A DNA stretch of 64,000 nt from Planctomycetota bacterium (GTDB lineage: Bacteria > Planctomycetota > UBA1135): the NCBI GenBank assembly GCA_040264055.1, contig JBDQJC010000001.1, positions 11,845-75,844 on the forward strand, read 5' to 3'. The notes under the pieces are model-generated. The model did no database searches. It had not been told where the DNA came from and saw only the letters and a program-made list of their open reading frames with translations. The position numbers and the translations under genes are program-made. The number at the start of each line of letters is the position of its first letter. Position 1 is the first letter of the stretch. This document shows positions 1 through 9,647 of this stretch, piece by piece.

Positions 1-354
1 GGGCAACACGTGAACAAGACCGATTCAGCGGTGCGCATGACGCACGAGCCCACCGGCATTGTGGTGCAATGCCAGAACGAACGCAGTCAGCACAAGAACC
101 GCGCAACTGCATTGGCCATGCTGATGTCGAAGTTGTTTGAAGTGCGCGAGCGTGAGCGCGACGACGATTTGAAGGATATGTACAGCCAGAAAGGCGAGAT
201 CGCCTGGGGCTCGCAGATCCGTTCCTATGTCTTGCACCCGTATCAGATGGTCAAAGACCATCGCACCAAGTTCGAAAGCGGCAACACCCAAGCCGTGTTG
301 GATGGCGACCTCGACGCCTTCATCGAGGAGTACCTCCGATCTAAGTCTTCATGA
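1..354 (+). CDS. prfB: Peptide chain release factor 2, C-terminal part (5' end outside window)
   Basis: Frame 1 is open from base 1. Translation starts [12 protein letters not shown] (tail of the GGQ motif), followed by RF2-type [21 protein letters not shown] and [19 protein letters not shown]. Stop TGA 352-354 overlaps the purH ATG (ATGA). Confidence 0.93.
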   Translation, partial: GQHVNKTDSAVRMTHEPTGIVVQCQNERSQHKNRATALAMLMSKLFEVRERERDDDLKDMYSQKGEIAWGSQIRSYVLHPYQMVKDHRTKFESGNTQAVLDGDLDAFIEEYLRSKSS

Positions 355-1871
355 CCGACCGCATCCCCGTTCGTCGTGCGCTGTTTTCCGTGTTCTACAA
401 GGATGGCATCGTCGACCTCGCCCGCGCATTGCACGAGCAAGGCGCAGAGCTGCTTTCTACTGGTGGCACGATGCGTGCCATTGCGGACGCTGGTTTGCCC
501 GTGACCGAAGTTGCGGACTACACCGGCTTCCCGGAAATGATGGATGGCCGCGTGAAGACCTTGCACCCGATGATTCACGGCGGACTTCTGGCCCGCCGCG
601 ATGACGCGGCGCACTTGGCTTCGATGCAAGAACACGGCATCGGTCCGATCGATTTGGTTTGTGTCAATCTCTACCCCTTTGAGGAGACGGTTGAGGCCGG
701 CGGAAGTGACACGGAAATCATCGAAAAGATCGATATCGGTGGCCCCAGCATGTTGCGCTCTGCAGCGAAGAATCACGCCAGCGTTGCCGTCGTCTGCGAT
801 CCACGCGATTACCACCGCGTCGCCGAAGAGATTGCCCAGGGTGGCACGACGCTCGCTTTGCGCAGTGAGCTTGCGCGCAAGACTTTCCAACGCACGGGTG
901 CCTACGACACCGCAATCGCGCGTTGGTTCCAGGGCAAGGAAGGTGCCGCGCTGCGCTATGGCGAGAACCCACACCAAGCGGCCGGCTTCTACGCCGACCT
1001 CTCTGGTGAAGGGCTCGGTGGCGCCGAGGTGCTCGAAGGTGGCAAAGAGCTTTCGTACAACAACTGGCTCGACCTCGATGGTGCGGTCACTGCTGCCAAC
1101 GATCTTCCCGCGCCTGCGGTGATTGTGGTCAAGCACACCAACCCATGTGGTGCGGCCATCGCAAGCAGCGCCGGCGAAGCGTTGCGTAAAGCATGGGATG
1201 GCGACCCGCTTTCCGCCTTTGGTTCGGTGATCGCAGTTAACGGAGTGTTCGACGTGGCTTGCGCGGAATACCTCGTCGGCCCCGGCCACTTTGTCGAAGT
1301 CGTCGCGGCTCCCGAGTTCGAAGCCGCAGCAGTCGAGATCTTGCGCACCAAGCCAAAATGGGGCAAGAATGTGCGCATCGTGCGCGTGCCCGACCTAGGC
1401 AAGGCTAAGCGCGATCAGATCGAAGAGCGACGCGTATGGGGAGGGGCCCTAGTACAAGGCAGCGACAATCGGCACGCCTTCGATGCCGAGTTGAAGCTGG
1501 CCGGCACCACTGCGGTGCCCGAAGGTCGTGAAGATGATCTGCGTCTCGCCCAAGTCATCGTCAAGCACCTCAAGTCGAACGCAGTTTGCCTGGTGCGCGA
1601 CGGCATGTTGATCGGCGCAGGTGCCGGCCAAATGAGTCGCGTTGACTCGGCCAAGATCGCCGTCGAGAAGGCGGGCGAGCGTGTGCAGGGTTCGGTAGCG
1701 GGCAGCGATGCCTTCTTTCCCTTCCCCGACGGCCCCGAGGCCCTGGCCGATGCGGGCGTGATTGCCATCGCGCAGCCCGGCGGCTCGATGAAGGACGCCG
1801 AGGTCACTGCCGCCTGCGATGCCAAGGGCGTGGCCATGGTCCACACCGGCACCCGCCACTTCCGCCACTAG
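351..1871 (+). CDS. purH: Bifunctional AICAR formyltransferase / IMP cyclohydrolase
   Basis: 506 aa. N-terminal MGS-like region [18 protein letters not shown]...LSTGGT, then [35 protein letters not shown] and a C-terminal GGSMKD...HTGTRHFRH. Colinear with PurH. Confidence 0.95.
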   Translation: MTDRIPVRRALFSVFYKDGIVDLARALHEQGAELLSTGGTMRAIADAGLPVTEVADYTGFPEMMDGRVKTLHPMIHGGLLARRDDAAHLASMQEHGIGPIDLVCVNLYPFEETVEAGGSDTEIIEKIDIGGPSMLRSAAKNHASVAVVCDPRDYHRVAEEIAQGGTTLALRSELARKTFQRTGAYDTAIARWFQGKEGAALRYGENPHQAAGFYADLSGEGLGGAEVLEGGKELSYNNWLDLDGAVTAANDLPAPAVIVVKHTNPCGAAIASSAGEALRKAWDGDPLSAFGSVIAVNGVFDVACAEYLVGPGHFVEVVAAPEFEAAAVEILRTKPKWGKNVRIVRVPDLGKAKRDQIEERRVWGGALVQGSDNRHAFDAELKLAGTTAVPEGREDDLRLAQVIVKHLKSNAVCLVRDGMLIGAGAGQMSRVDSAKIAVEKAGERVQGSVAGSDAFFPFPDGPEALADAGVIAIAQPGGSMKDAEVTAACDAKGVAMVHTGTRHFRH

Positions 1872-1915
1872 GCGCTAGAGTGGGGGAACGCGGCAATCGT
1901 GGCTGCGTTCCCCCC

Positions 1916-2818
1916 ATGACGATCTCACGACGGACCTTTCTTGCAACTGCCGGAGCGATTGCAGCAACGCCAGGCTCAGTGATTGCCGCGACAGTTCAGG
2001 AAGCTTCGCGCGAGCGCTTCGGCCCGCCGTCCTTCACACCCAAGATCGGCGTCACGCGTGGGCCGGATCAGGCCGAGTTGCTGAAAGGCTTGGGTGCGGA
2101 CTACATCGAGATCGGTTGTGGGATGTTGATGCCCGACAAGTCCGACCAGGACTTCGCCGAACGACGCAAGGAACTCAAGGCCAGTGCGCTGCCGATTCAT
2201 GGCGCGAATGGATTTCTTCCGCGACGCCTACCCAGCACCGGACCGAAGGCCGATCACGCCGCGGTCGCCGCTTACGCCGAAGTCATTTTTCGCCGCGGTG
2301 AAGAGATCGGCATGAAGACGGTCACCTTTGGGTCCAGCGCTTCGCGTTCCTTACCCGAAGGCTTTCCCAAGGCTGATGGTGAACTGCAGTTTGTCGCGCT
2401 GCTGATGCGGCTTGCGCCGATTGCAGAGAAGCACAAGATTCACGTCTGCGTCGAACCGCTGCAAAAGAGTGAGACCAACTTCATTCAATATGTCCACGAA
2501 GGCGCGCGCTTGGTCGAAGCTGTGCAGCACCCGAACATTGGTTTGACCGCCGACATCTTTCACATGATGCGCGGCAAGGAAAGCGCCGAATCGATTCGCA
2601 AGGCCGGCAAGCACATTCACCATGTACACATTGCCGAGCTCGCCAAGCGTACCGCACCCGGCGTCGATGGCGATGACTTCACGCCTTACCTTCAAGCACT
2701 GAAAGACATCGACTATCGCGGCCCGATTTCGATGGAATGTGGTTGGTCGGACTTGGGCAAACAGTTCCCTGTTGCACTCGAAACACTGCGTGGCCAGATG
2801 GCCAAGTTGAAAGGATGA
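1916..2818 (+). CDS. Sugar phosphate isomerase/epimerase (xylose-isomerase-like TIM barrel), TAT-exported
   Basis: ATG at 1916 gives MTISRRTFLATAGAIAATPGS (twin-arginine signal). The body has a TIM-barrel AP-endonuclease-2-like pattern (IHVCVEPL, ADIFHM, HVHIAE). The upstream GTG at 1880 is less likely as the start. Confidence 0.75.
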   Translation: MTISRRTFLATAGAIAATPGSVIAATVQEASRERFGPPSFTPKIGVTRGPDQAELLKGLGADYIEIGCGMLMPDKSDQDFAERRKELKASALPIHGANGFLPRRLPSTGPKADHAAVAAYAEVIFRRGEEIGMKTVTFGSSASRSLPEGFPKADGELQFVALLMRLAPIAEKHKIHVCVEPLQKSETNFIQYVHEGARLVEAVQHPNIGLTADIFHMMRGKESAESIRKAGKHIHHVHIAELAKRTAPGVDGDDFTPYLQALKDIDYRGPISMECGWSDLGKQFPVALETLRGQMAKLKG

Positions 2819-3597
2819 TCAAGCGCATGCGCACCGCAGGGCTCGCGAGCGCCGCCGCACTACTTGCGTGTTCCGGACCCGTCGGCGAGCCCGAGCCAGC
2901 GGACTACATGCAAAGCATCCAGGGTTCCGAGGTCGGCTTCGAAATGATTTGGGTGCCCGAGGCACACATTTGGGTCAGCAAACACGAAGTCACTTGGGAT
3001 GAGTTCTTGCTCTACTGCGACTTCGAAGAGAACAACCAAATCCCACCCAGCGCCGACGCGGTCAGCAAGCCGTCGAAGCCGCTCGATTGGACGCCCTACG
3101 ATCGCGATTGGGGCGCGGGCCAACGGCCAGCCGTCGGCATGAGTTGGAATTCGGCCAAGAACTATTGCGAGTGGCTGAGTTGGAACACCAGCATTCGCTA
3201 TCGCTTGCCGTCCGAGAAGGAATGGGAGTTGTTCGCTGGCGCGCTGCCCGCCGAAAGCGCGATCGCCGAGCACGCGTGGTGCGCCGAGAACTCAAACGAG
3301 CGCACCCAAGAAGTGGGGCAGAAGGCTGCCAACGCTGCCGGCCTGCAGGATGTCTACGGCAACCTGTGGGAATACTGCGCCAACCCTTATTCGGCGAGTG
3401 ACCCCGAGCAAGCGGTCCTGCGCGGCGGCTCCTGGAAAGAACCGGCCGCGTCAATCTCGGCGACCACACGGCTCGCCTTCGACTACGATTGGACGCTGCG
3501 CGATCCAAACTATCCACCCGGCGTGTGGTGGATCCCCGACGGCGATCACCTCGGCATGCGCGTGGTGCGCGACGGCCCCGACAAAGGAAGTAAGTGA
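2815..3597 (+). CDS. FGE-sulfatase-fold (SUMF1-like) lipoprotein, probably non-catalytic
   Basis: ATG 2815 overlaps the upstream stop (ATGA). Lipoprotein-like signal MIKRMRTAGLASAAALLACSG. FGE-fold motifs: RLPSEKEWE, GLQDVYGNLWEYC, VLRGGSW. The Cys pair that follows RGGSW in true formylglycine-generating enzymes is absent (sequence is KEPAASISATTR). Confidence 0.7.
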   Translation: MIKRMRTAGLASAAALLACSGPVGEPEPADYMQSIQGSEVGFEMIWVPEAHIWVSKHEVTWDEFLLYCDFEENNQIPPSADAVSKPSKPLDWTPYDRDWGAGQRPAVGMSWNSAKNYCEWLSWNTSIRYRLPSEKEWELFAGALPAESAIAEHAWCAENSNERTQEVGQKAANAAGLQDVYGNLWEYCANPYSASDPEQAVLRGGSWKEPAASISATTRLAFDYDWTLRDPNYPPGVWWIPDGDHLGMRVVRDGPDKGSK

Positions 3598-5045
3598 TGA
3601 CTCAAACCCGACGCGAATTCTTCGACTCCTTGCTTGCCGCAGCTGCGGTCGGCGCGACGACTTTTGGCACCAGCCCGCTGTTCGCGCGCAGTCCACGCCG
3701 CCGCTCCCCGAACGAAACCATTCGGGTCGGCGTCATCGGTGTGCGCGGCCGCGGTCGTGCGCATATTTCGGCGTTCAAGAACATGGAGAACGTCGAGGTC
3801 GTCGCTTTGTGCGACGCCGACTCGAGCGTGGTCGACCTGGCCATGCGTTCGGTGCCCGATGCCAAGTACTACCAGGACATGCGCGCTTTGATGGACGACG
3901 ACAGCATTGATGTCGTGTCGATCGCAACGCCGAACCACTGGCATTCTTTGGCCACGATTTGGGCGCTGCAAGCGGGCAAGCATGTCTACGTTGAGAAGCC
4001 GCTCAGTCACGATGTTTACGAAGGCCGCGCACTCGTAGAGATCGCGCGCAAGTCGGGCTTGGTGGTGCAACACGGCACCCAATCACGCAGCGCGACGGCC
4101 ACCCGCGATGCCATGCAATTCTTGCACGAAGGCGGCATCGGCAAAGTCAAGTTGGCACGTGGCCTGTGCTACAAGCGGCGCGGTTCGATCGGCAAAGTCG
4201 ATGGGCCACAGGCGCCACCCGAAGGCTGCGATTACAAACTGTGGTGCGGCCCCGCCGGCATGCACCCTTTGACGCGCAAGCAGTTGCACTACGACTGGCA
4301 CTGGAACTTTAAAACCGGCAATGGCGATATGGGCAACCAAGGCGTGCACCAAATGGACATTGCACGTTGGGGTTTGGGCGTGGATACGCTGCCCACTTCG
4401 ATCATGAGCCTGGGTGGGCGCGTCAGTTATGTCGACGACGGCGATACACCGAACACGCAGGTCTCGCTGTTTGATTACGGCGACAAGCAACTGATCTTCG
4501 AGGTGCGCGGCCTGAAGACCCCAGCCCACAAAGGCGCGTCGATTGGCGTGGTCTTCGAAGGCGAAACGGGCTACCTCGTTAGTGCAAGTTACACCAAGGT
4601 GCAAGCGTTTGATCGCGAAGGCCAAGTCATCGAGACCTTCGAAGGCAACGAAAACCACTTCGCACAGTTCATGGAAGCGGTGCGCGCGAACGATCCAGGT
4701 GCGGTCAACGCAAGCCCACTGGAAGGTCACCTATCCAGCGCGCTGTGTCACCTGGGCAGCATCTCGTACAAGCTCGGCGCGGCGACAACGCTGGCCAAGA
4801 TGGACGGTCATTTCGCTAGCTTCCCGAATGGCGCGGGCGTTGAGATCGGCGCCGAAGCCATGGGTCGCTTCGCCACGCACATGAAAGACAACGGCCTCGA
4901 TCTGAAGAAAGAGCAAGGTCTGATCGGCCCATGCCTCTCTCTCGACCCAAGCGCCGAGCGCTTTACCGGCGAGTACGCTGTGCAAGCGAATGCGCTGTTG
5001 CGCAAGCCGCGAGTCGAGGGCTTCGCAATCCCCGAGCTCGCTTAG
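3597..5045 (+). CDS. Gfo/Idh/MocA family oxidoreductase, TAT-exported
   Basis: MTQTRREFFDSLLAAAAVGA twin-arginine signal. Rossmann IRVGVIGVRGRGRAH and the family motif HVYVEKP. Start is ATG 3597 (sharing 1 nt with the upstream TGA) or GTG 3594. Confidence 0.85.
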   Translation: MTQTRREFFDSLLAAAAVGATTFGTSPLFARSPRRRSPNETIRVGVIGVRGRGRAHISAFKNMENVEVVALCDADSSVVDLAMRSVPDAKYYQDMRALMDDDSIDVVSIATPNHWHSLATIWALQAGKHVYVEKPLSHDVYEGRALVEIARKSGLVVQHGTQSRSATATRDAMQFLHEGGIGKVKLARGLCYKRRGSIGKVDGPQAPPEGCDYKLWCGPAGMHPLTRKQLHYDWHWNFKTGNGDMGNQGVHQMDIARWGLGVDTLPTSIMSLGGRVSYVDDGDTPNTQVSLFDYGDKQLIFEVRGLKTPAHKGASIGVVFEGETGYLVSASYTKVQAFDREGQVIETFEGNENHFAQFMEAVRANDPGAVNASPLEGHLSSALCHLGSISYKLGAATTLAKMDGHFASFPNGAGVEIGAEAMGRFATHMKDNGLDLKKEQGLIGPCLSLDPSAERFTGEYAVQANALLRKPRVEGFAIPELA

Positions 5046-5067
5046 TCAGACCTAGGTACAAACGAAG

Positions 5068-5107
5068 AACGGGCCGGCTCTGTGAAGAGCCGGCCCGTTG
5101 TCGTTTT
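5068..5107. terminator. Bidirectional intrinsic terminator between convergent genes
   Basis: Perfect 14-bp stem aacgggccggctct / agagccggcccgtt with loop gtga. A T-run (5104-5107) follows on the + strand and tttgt follows on the - strand. It lies between the stops at 5045 (+) and 5117 (-). Confidence 0.8.
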
Positions 5108-5116
5108 CAGTCTGGA

Positions 5117-6697
5117 CTAGTTGATGTTCAGAATGATCATGTTCGAATCGTAAGTCGCGCCACCACTGGTTGCGAAGACTTCGACGTAAACCCGCAGGCC
5201 GCGCGCGCGCGTCGGCAGCCCCTTGGTGAAGGATCCTGCGCCGGCCGCACTGTTGCTGCCTTGACCGACCTTGATACTTGGGCTGCCAATGTTGGCGTGC
5301 TGACCACCGATCGAAGAACCGTAAGGGTTCAGCGAGTAGCGGAACTCCCAAGGCGAGCTTGCAGGTGCGCCGGTCCAGCTGTAGCTGACCGAACTGCCGG
5401 CGTTTGCCGAACCTGGGCCCGTCATCGCGATCGTGTTGGTCACACCGTACTCAGCCTCACTTGCTTCACGCATGGCACGGAAGAAGTTCGGACGGCCGTG
5501 GCCCGACTTCTCGTCTTGGCCAGTTCCTTCGATGTCGACACAGGTCGAGAACAGCATGCCCTCAATGTCGTCCGGCGAGCCGCTTGGGTGTGCAACCATC
5601 ATCATGGCGATCACGCCGTTGACGATTGGTGCCGAGAAGCTGGTGCCCGAGACTGCGCCGTTGCCGCCACCGTTGGTGGTGGTGCGCACGCTTTCGCCAG
5701 GAGCGGCCACATCGACCCATGGGCCGTAGGTGCTCCAGCTGGTGACGTTATCGCTTTGGTTCGTCGCCGAAACAATGATGACATCGGCGTGGTTCGAGCC
5801 ACTGACGCGGTTGCCACCGTTACCAGCCGACCAGCACAGCAGCGAGCCTTCGTTCTTCAGGTGCGCACCCGTGGTTTGCACACTGCTCGAGTTGCCACCG
5901 GAGTAGCTCACCGAGACCGAACGGGCGCCGTTATCGGAAGCCCAGCGTGCGCCATCGGTCAGGTTGGACAGCGAAGCGCTGCCATTCGAGTTGTTGGTGC
6001 AGCGTACGGGCATCAAATTGATGTCCCAAGCCATACCGACCACGCCGTTGCCGTTATTGCCGATCGCACCGACACAGCCCAAGGTTGCGGTGCCGTGACC
6101 ATTGATGTCGGCAACCGACCCGCCATTGGCTTGCGAACGACGCGAAGCCGAGTTGTAACCCGAAACGAGGTTTGCTTCGAGGTCTGGGTGATCCAGGTCG
6201 ACACCGGTGTCGACGGTGCAAGCAATGAAGGTCGAGCTACCGAAGCCGAAGTCCCAGGCCTTTTCCGACTTCATCTTGCCGTGCTGCCACTGGTTGCCAA
6301 AGGCGGGGTCGTCCGGGGTGGTTTCGGTCAGGTAGCAAAGCCAGTCGGGCTCGGCGTACTGGTATTCGCCAGTCGCGAGCAGCCATTCGGCCAAGCTGTT
6401 TTCGTCGTGGCCTTCCGGGATGATCAGAACGGTCTCGTTGGTGTCCGCGACGTACTCCTTGATGCCCCATTGCTGGGCGCGCTGAGTGGCGCGACGGTTG
6501 AGTTCGAGCGCGTCGGAGCGGCTCATGCCTTGCTCCATCAGGTCCGCTACCTGCAGCGGGCGAACGATCAGGCGGCCGGTGAATTCGGTCACGCCAGGTG
6601 TCTCGACATAGCGCGGGGCCGCATTTTCGAGTTGTTGAGCCATGGAGCTGCCCAGAAGGAGCAGGCCGGCGGCGGTGGTGGTAAGGAAGTGCTTCAT
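5117..6697 (-). CDS. Secreted S8 (subtilisin-family) serine protease with shared C-terminal module
   Basis: Signal peptide MKHFLTTTAAGLLLLGSSMA. Catalytic triad contexts: TVDTGVDLDHPDL (Asp), NGHGTATLGCVG (His), SGTSFSAPIVNGV (Ser). The C-terminal ~105 aa match the tails of four other secreted proteins in the window. Confidence 0.92.
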   Translation of the reverse strand: MKHFLTTTAAGLLLLGSSMAQQLENAAPRYVETPGVTEFTGRLIVRPLQVADLMEQGMSRSDALELNRRATQRAQQWGIKEYVADTNETVLIIPEGHDENSLAEWLLATGEYQYAEPDWLCYLTETTPDDPAFGNQWQHGKMKSEKAWDFGFGSSTFIACTVDTGVDLDHPDLEANLVSGYNSASRRSQANGGSVADINGHGTATLGCVGAIGNNGNGVVGMAWDINLMPVRCTNNSNGSASLSNLTDGARWASDNGARSVSVSYSGGNSSSVQTTGAHLKNEGSLLCWSAGNGGNRVSGSNHADVIIVSATNQSDNVTSWSTYGPWVDVAAPGESVRTTTNGGGNGAVSGTSFSAPIVNGVIAMMMVAHPSGSPDDIEGMLFSTCVDIEGTGQDEKSGHGRPNFFRAMREASEAEYGVTNTIAMTGPGSANAGSSVSYSWTGAPASSPWEFRYSLNPYGSSIGGQHANIGSPSIKVGQGSNSAAGAGSFTKGLPTRARGLRVYVEVFATSGGATYDSNMIILNIN

Positions 6698-6891
6698 CTA
6701 CGTAGAGTTTCTTCGGGGGATCGGTTCAGAACCTAGGAGGCCGACGGGGGGAGCGCGGGCTTCGTTCCCACAACCTAGTGCGCCAAACGGCGTCAGCCCT
6801 CAAACAATGGCAGGGAATTGTTGCAGGGTGGGCCCCCGGTCCTGCCGAGGCTGAATGGTAGCCTCAAAACGGCGATCCGCCCACGCCATCC

Positions 6892-7638
6892 ATGCAGCTC
6901 CCCGCGCCCGACACTTGGTACAACCACCTCGGGTACTTCGTTTTCGCGATCGAAGACGAATCACATTGGACAAGGTGGGGATATGGGCTGAGCGAGTTCC
7001 TTCCGAGTTGGATCACCCGGGTTCTCCACGGCGCGGTGTTGCTTTGTGTCGGCGTGCTTGCGTTCGTGGGGGTTCGTCTCCCATGGCTGGTGCCTCCGCT
7101 CGCCCGGTTGACTGGTGCTGTGGGTCTGCTTGCTAGTGCGGCGATCGTTCTCGGGGTCACGGGCTGGCCAAGCTATGTCTGTTTCTATTCGTGGCCATTG
7201 GTCGGCGGGTGCTTTCTCATGATTTGGCTGACGAGGCCAGCTCCGGGGCGACGCACCCAGTGGTTCCGAACCGCGATGCTGCCGGTGTTGGTGCTGTTGA
7301 GTCCGGACATGATTGTGCTCACCGTCGACCCGCCGGAGTTGTTCCTCATCGCGTCCCCCATGCTTCCGGTGCAACTGTTGAGTTTGGCGGCAGTCATTTG
7401 GATTCCGCCACTTGAGCCAAACAAGTTGCGAATCCTCGCTCGTCGGATGATCCCGCTGCTGCTGCTTCCCGTGCTTGGGGTGTACTTGGTGAACTGGGCC
7501 GGATTCCTCGATCAGGACTCCCCGCATTGGGTGGTCCTTTTTGTTCCGTTGTCAATTCCTGCGTCTTGGATCTGGGTGGCGGCGTGTCTTCGTCAGAGGC
7601 GGAAGCCGACTGACCCGGTCCCCCTCCATGCCGCGTGA
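6892..7638 (+). CDS. Polytopic membrane protein of unknown function (paralog 1)
   Basis: 248 aa. Short soluble N-terminus (WYNHLGYFVF...TRWGYG) followed by about 6 hydrophobic helices. Paralogous to the next gene (shared ...RPA...R...DP... segment). Confidence 0.7.
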   Translation: MQLPAPDTWYNHLGYFVFAIEDESHWTRWGYGLSEFLPSWITRVLHGAVLLCVGVLAFVGVRLPWLVPPLARLTGAVGLLASAAIVLGVTGWPSYVCFYSWPLVGGCFLMIWLTRPAPGRRTQWFRTAMLPVLVLLSPDMIVLTVDPPELFLIASPMLPVQLLSLAAVIWIPPLEPNKLRILARRMIPLLLLPVLGVYLVNWAGFLDQDSPHWVVLFVPLSIPASWIWVAACLRQRRKPTDPVPLHAA

Positions 7639-8498
7639 GCGCAGCGCGATTTCAACAATCAGGCGAAGGCCCCACCACGCCGACGCCCTACCCGGACGGC
7701 TTGATCACGCATCATGCCGACGGCACGATCACCTATCCCGATGCTTATACCGGCGAGCGCTTCGTGCAGCCGGGCGACGAGTGGTATCACGCGTTTGGAT
7801 TCCACTACGACGCGAGCCACGACTTCCCGGATTACGCAATGTGGGAATGGTGGGGGATCGGCTGGCCCAAGGCCGAGCCGCCTCAAGCCCTTGTCGATCT
7901 GCTGTTTCTCTGCTTTGTCTATGGCTCGCTCCTCTTGCCCATTCTCTGTTGGGCGCGAAGTAATCGACTTCAACCCGCAGCAAGCTTGCTTGCCTGGGTG
8001 GGAGTTTGTTTCTCGGCAGTGCTGATCTGGTTTGACGATGGCGATATGTACTTTGTGGACCTCGCTCGGTTCACGATGCTCTGCGCGGCCAGCTTGCTGT
8101 TTCTCGCCAGGCCGGCGCGATCGGTTCTGCGAGGGGTGTTGCGCTACGTGGCATTCAGCGCGCTGCTCTGTTTTCCAGGCGTGGTACTTGCGGTCATCGA
8201 TCCAGGCACTTGGATGAGTAATAAAATCCTTCTCAGTTTCGGTGCCTGGGCGGCACTTCTCCCGCTTGCAGTTCTCCCGGAAGTGAACTGCAGCAAGCAA
8301 GAGCTCGCCGCGTTTCGCCGTCGCGGCCTTCTTGTCGCGAGCATCCTCCCGGTGTCTTCCTACTACCTTGAGAACGCATGGGGAGTGCGTGCCTCTCAGG
8401 CTTTCCTCCCGTGGGTGATCATCGCGCTTGGCTTGGCAGCATGTGTCATGATCTTTCGCAACCGCAGCGGTCAATCGGAGCCACCGCTTGCAAGCTGA
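7635..8498 (+). CDS. Polytopic membrane protein of unknown function (paralog 2)
   Basis: GTG 7635 overlaps the upstream stop (GTGA). The N-terminus WYHAFGFHYD...WEWWGIG parallels paralog 1. About 6 TM helices. LLFLARPARSVLRGVLRYVAFSALLCFPGVVLAVIDP aligns with FLMIWLTRPAPGRRTQWFRTAMLPVLVLLSPDMIVLTVDP. Confidence 0.7.
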   Translation: MSAARFQQSGEGPTTPTPYPDGLITHHADGTITYPDAYTGERFVQPGDEWYHAFGFHYDASHDFPDYAMWEWWGIGWPKAEPPQALVDLLFLCFVYGSLLLPILCWARSNRLQPAASLLAWVGVCFSAVLIWFDDGDMYFVDLARFTMLCAASLLFLARPARSVLRGVLRYVAFSALLCFPGVVLAVIDPGTWMSNKILLSFGAWAALLPLAVLPEVNCSKQELAAFRRRGLLVASILPVSSYYLENAWGVRASQAFLPWVIIALGLAACVMIFRNRSGQSEPPLAS

Positions 8499-8729
8499 GC
8501 ACGACTGCTGGGGTCCGAAGCCGCAGAGTCGCTACAAACCGAGGCGCTTGGGCTCGACATGATTGAGGTGCGCCGGGTGAACTCGCTAGTACAAGAGTCG
8601 GCATGCCTTTTTCGCATTCCCTACTTTGCGCCGCGGCCCCACCTGACTGAGACCCCAAGTTGGCGGCCGCTATGGATAGATCACCGCTCAACCTGGAAGC
8701 GGCCGGCGCGGTGCGGATAGAATCCACGC

Positions 8730-9647
8730 ATGGCCGCGACCGATCTGAAATGTGAGCTTTCCTGGTCGGCGAGTCGAGCCAAGGAGTTCGAGCGCTGCAA
8801 GCGGGAATACTGGTATTCGCGCTACGCCTCATGGGGTTGGTGGACCGAACGCCCGCGCGGCGAAAAATTCCAAACCATGGTCCACAAGAACTTGACCTCG
8901 CTGCCGGCTTTCACTGGCGATGTCATCCACCGCGCGATCGAACGCTGGTTTGAACTCAAGCGGGCAGGCTCGGTCATGAATGCGGCCGAGCTGATGGAAG
9001 AAGCCGTCAACCTGTTTCGCATGGGATGGCGTCAATCGTCGACCGATGCCTGGCAAGAACGGCCGAACAAGTCGACACACCTCTTTGAGCATCACTACAA
9101 GTTCGACATTAAGGCCGAGCGCACCGCGCACTCGCGGAAGCTGATCGAGGTCGCGACGAAGTTTTTCTGCGAGTCACCGCAGCTCGCGCCGGTGCGTGAT
9201 GTTCCAGCTGAAGATTGGTTGTCGGTCGAAACGCTCGACACCTATCAGTTCCTCGGCACCAAAGTCTATGCGGTGCCCGACTTCGCCTATCGCGTCGACG
9301 AGAAGGTGCACATCTGGGATTGGAAGACTGGCAAGCCGCGCGAAGACGACATCTTTCAGCTGCATACCTATGCGCTCTATGCCTGCGAGAAGTGGCAGAC
9401 AGACCCGGAGGACATCATCCTGTACGCCGCGTATCTGGGCGAAGAGAACGTACAAACCATCCAGGTTGAAATCGAGAAACTTTCCGAAGCACAAGACCGC
9501 ATGTCGATGTCGCTGCGCGAGATGATGGATGTGCACTACGACCCCGACGTCGACGATTTGATGATGCAGAACTGGCCGGCAAGCGGCGCGCCCGACGGCT
9601 GTCGTTTCTGTCGCTACAAAGGGATGTGCCCCGATGCTGCTGTTTAG
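8730..9647 (+). CDS. PD-(D/E)XK nuclease, Cas4/AddB-like with 4-Cys Fe-S signature
   Basis: Motifs: AVPDFAYRVDEKVHIWDWKTGK (D...D/ExK) and QLHTYALYA (QhxxY). One N-terminal Cys (FERCKREYWY) plus the C-terminal CRFCRYKGMC (CX2CX5C), as in Cas4/AddB-type iron-sulfur nucleases. Confidence 0.8.
   Translation: MAATDLKCELSWSASRAKEFERCKREYWYSRYASWGWWTERPRGEKFQTMVHKNLTSLPAFTGDVIHRAIERWFELKRAGSVMNAAELMEEAVNLFRMGWRQSSTDAWQERPNKSTHLFEHHYKFDIKAERTAHSRKLIEVATKFFCESPQLAPVRDVPAEDWLSVETLDTYQFLGTKVYAVPDFAYRVDEKVHIWDWKTGKPREDDIFQLHTYALYACEKWQTDPEDIILYAAYLGEENVQTIQVEIEKLSEAQDRMSMSLREMMDVHYDPDVDDLMMQNWPASGAPDGCRFCRYKGMCPDAAV

Noticed and set aside
243-1289. 348-aa ORF antisense to purH. Many similar long antisense ORFs exist: 4931-6736 (+), 11264-12103 (+), 12125-12994 (+), 14652-15710 (+), 16328-17122 (+), 22714-23820 (+), 23914-24873 (+), 32064-33719 (+), 37078-38139 (-), 40211-41113 (+), 51524-52267 (-), 59242-60135 (+), 61163-62251 (+).
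   Set aside because: Each lies opposite a gene with clear family motifs. Their translations are Arg/Ala/Gly/Pro-rich low-complexity strings without recognisable motifs. This is the usual shadow-ORF artefact of GC-rich DNA.
8730-9647. Cas4-like nuclease as evidence of a CRISPR-Cas locus.
   Set aside because: The window has no CRISPR repeats and no cas1/cas2 or effector genes. The Cas4-like fold also occurs in many stand-alone PD-(D/E)XK nucleases.
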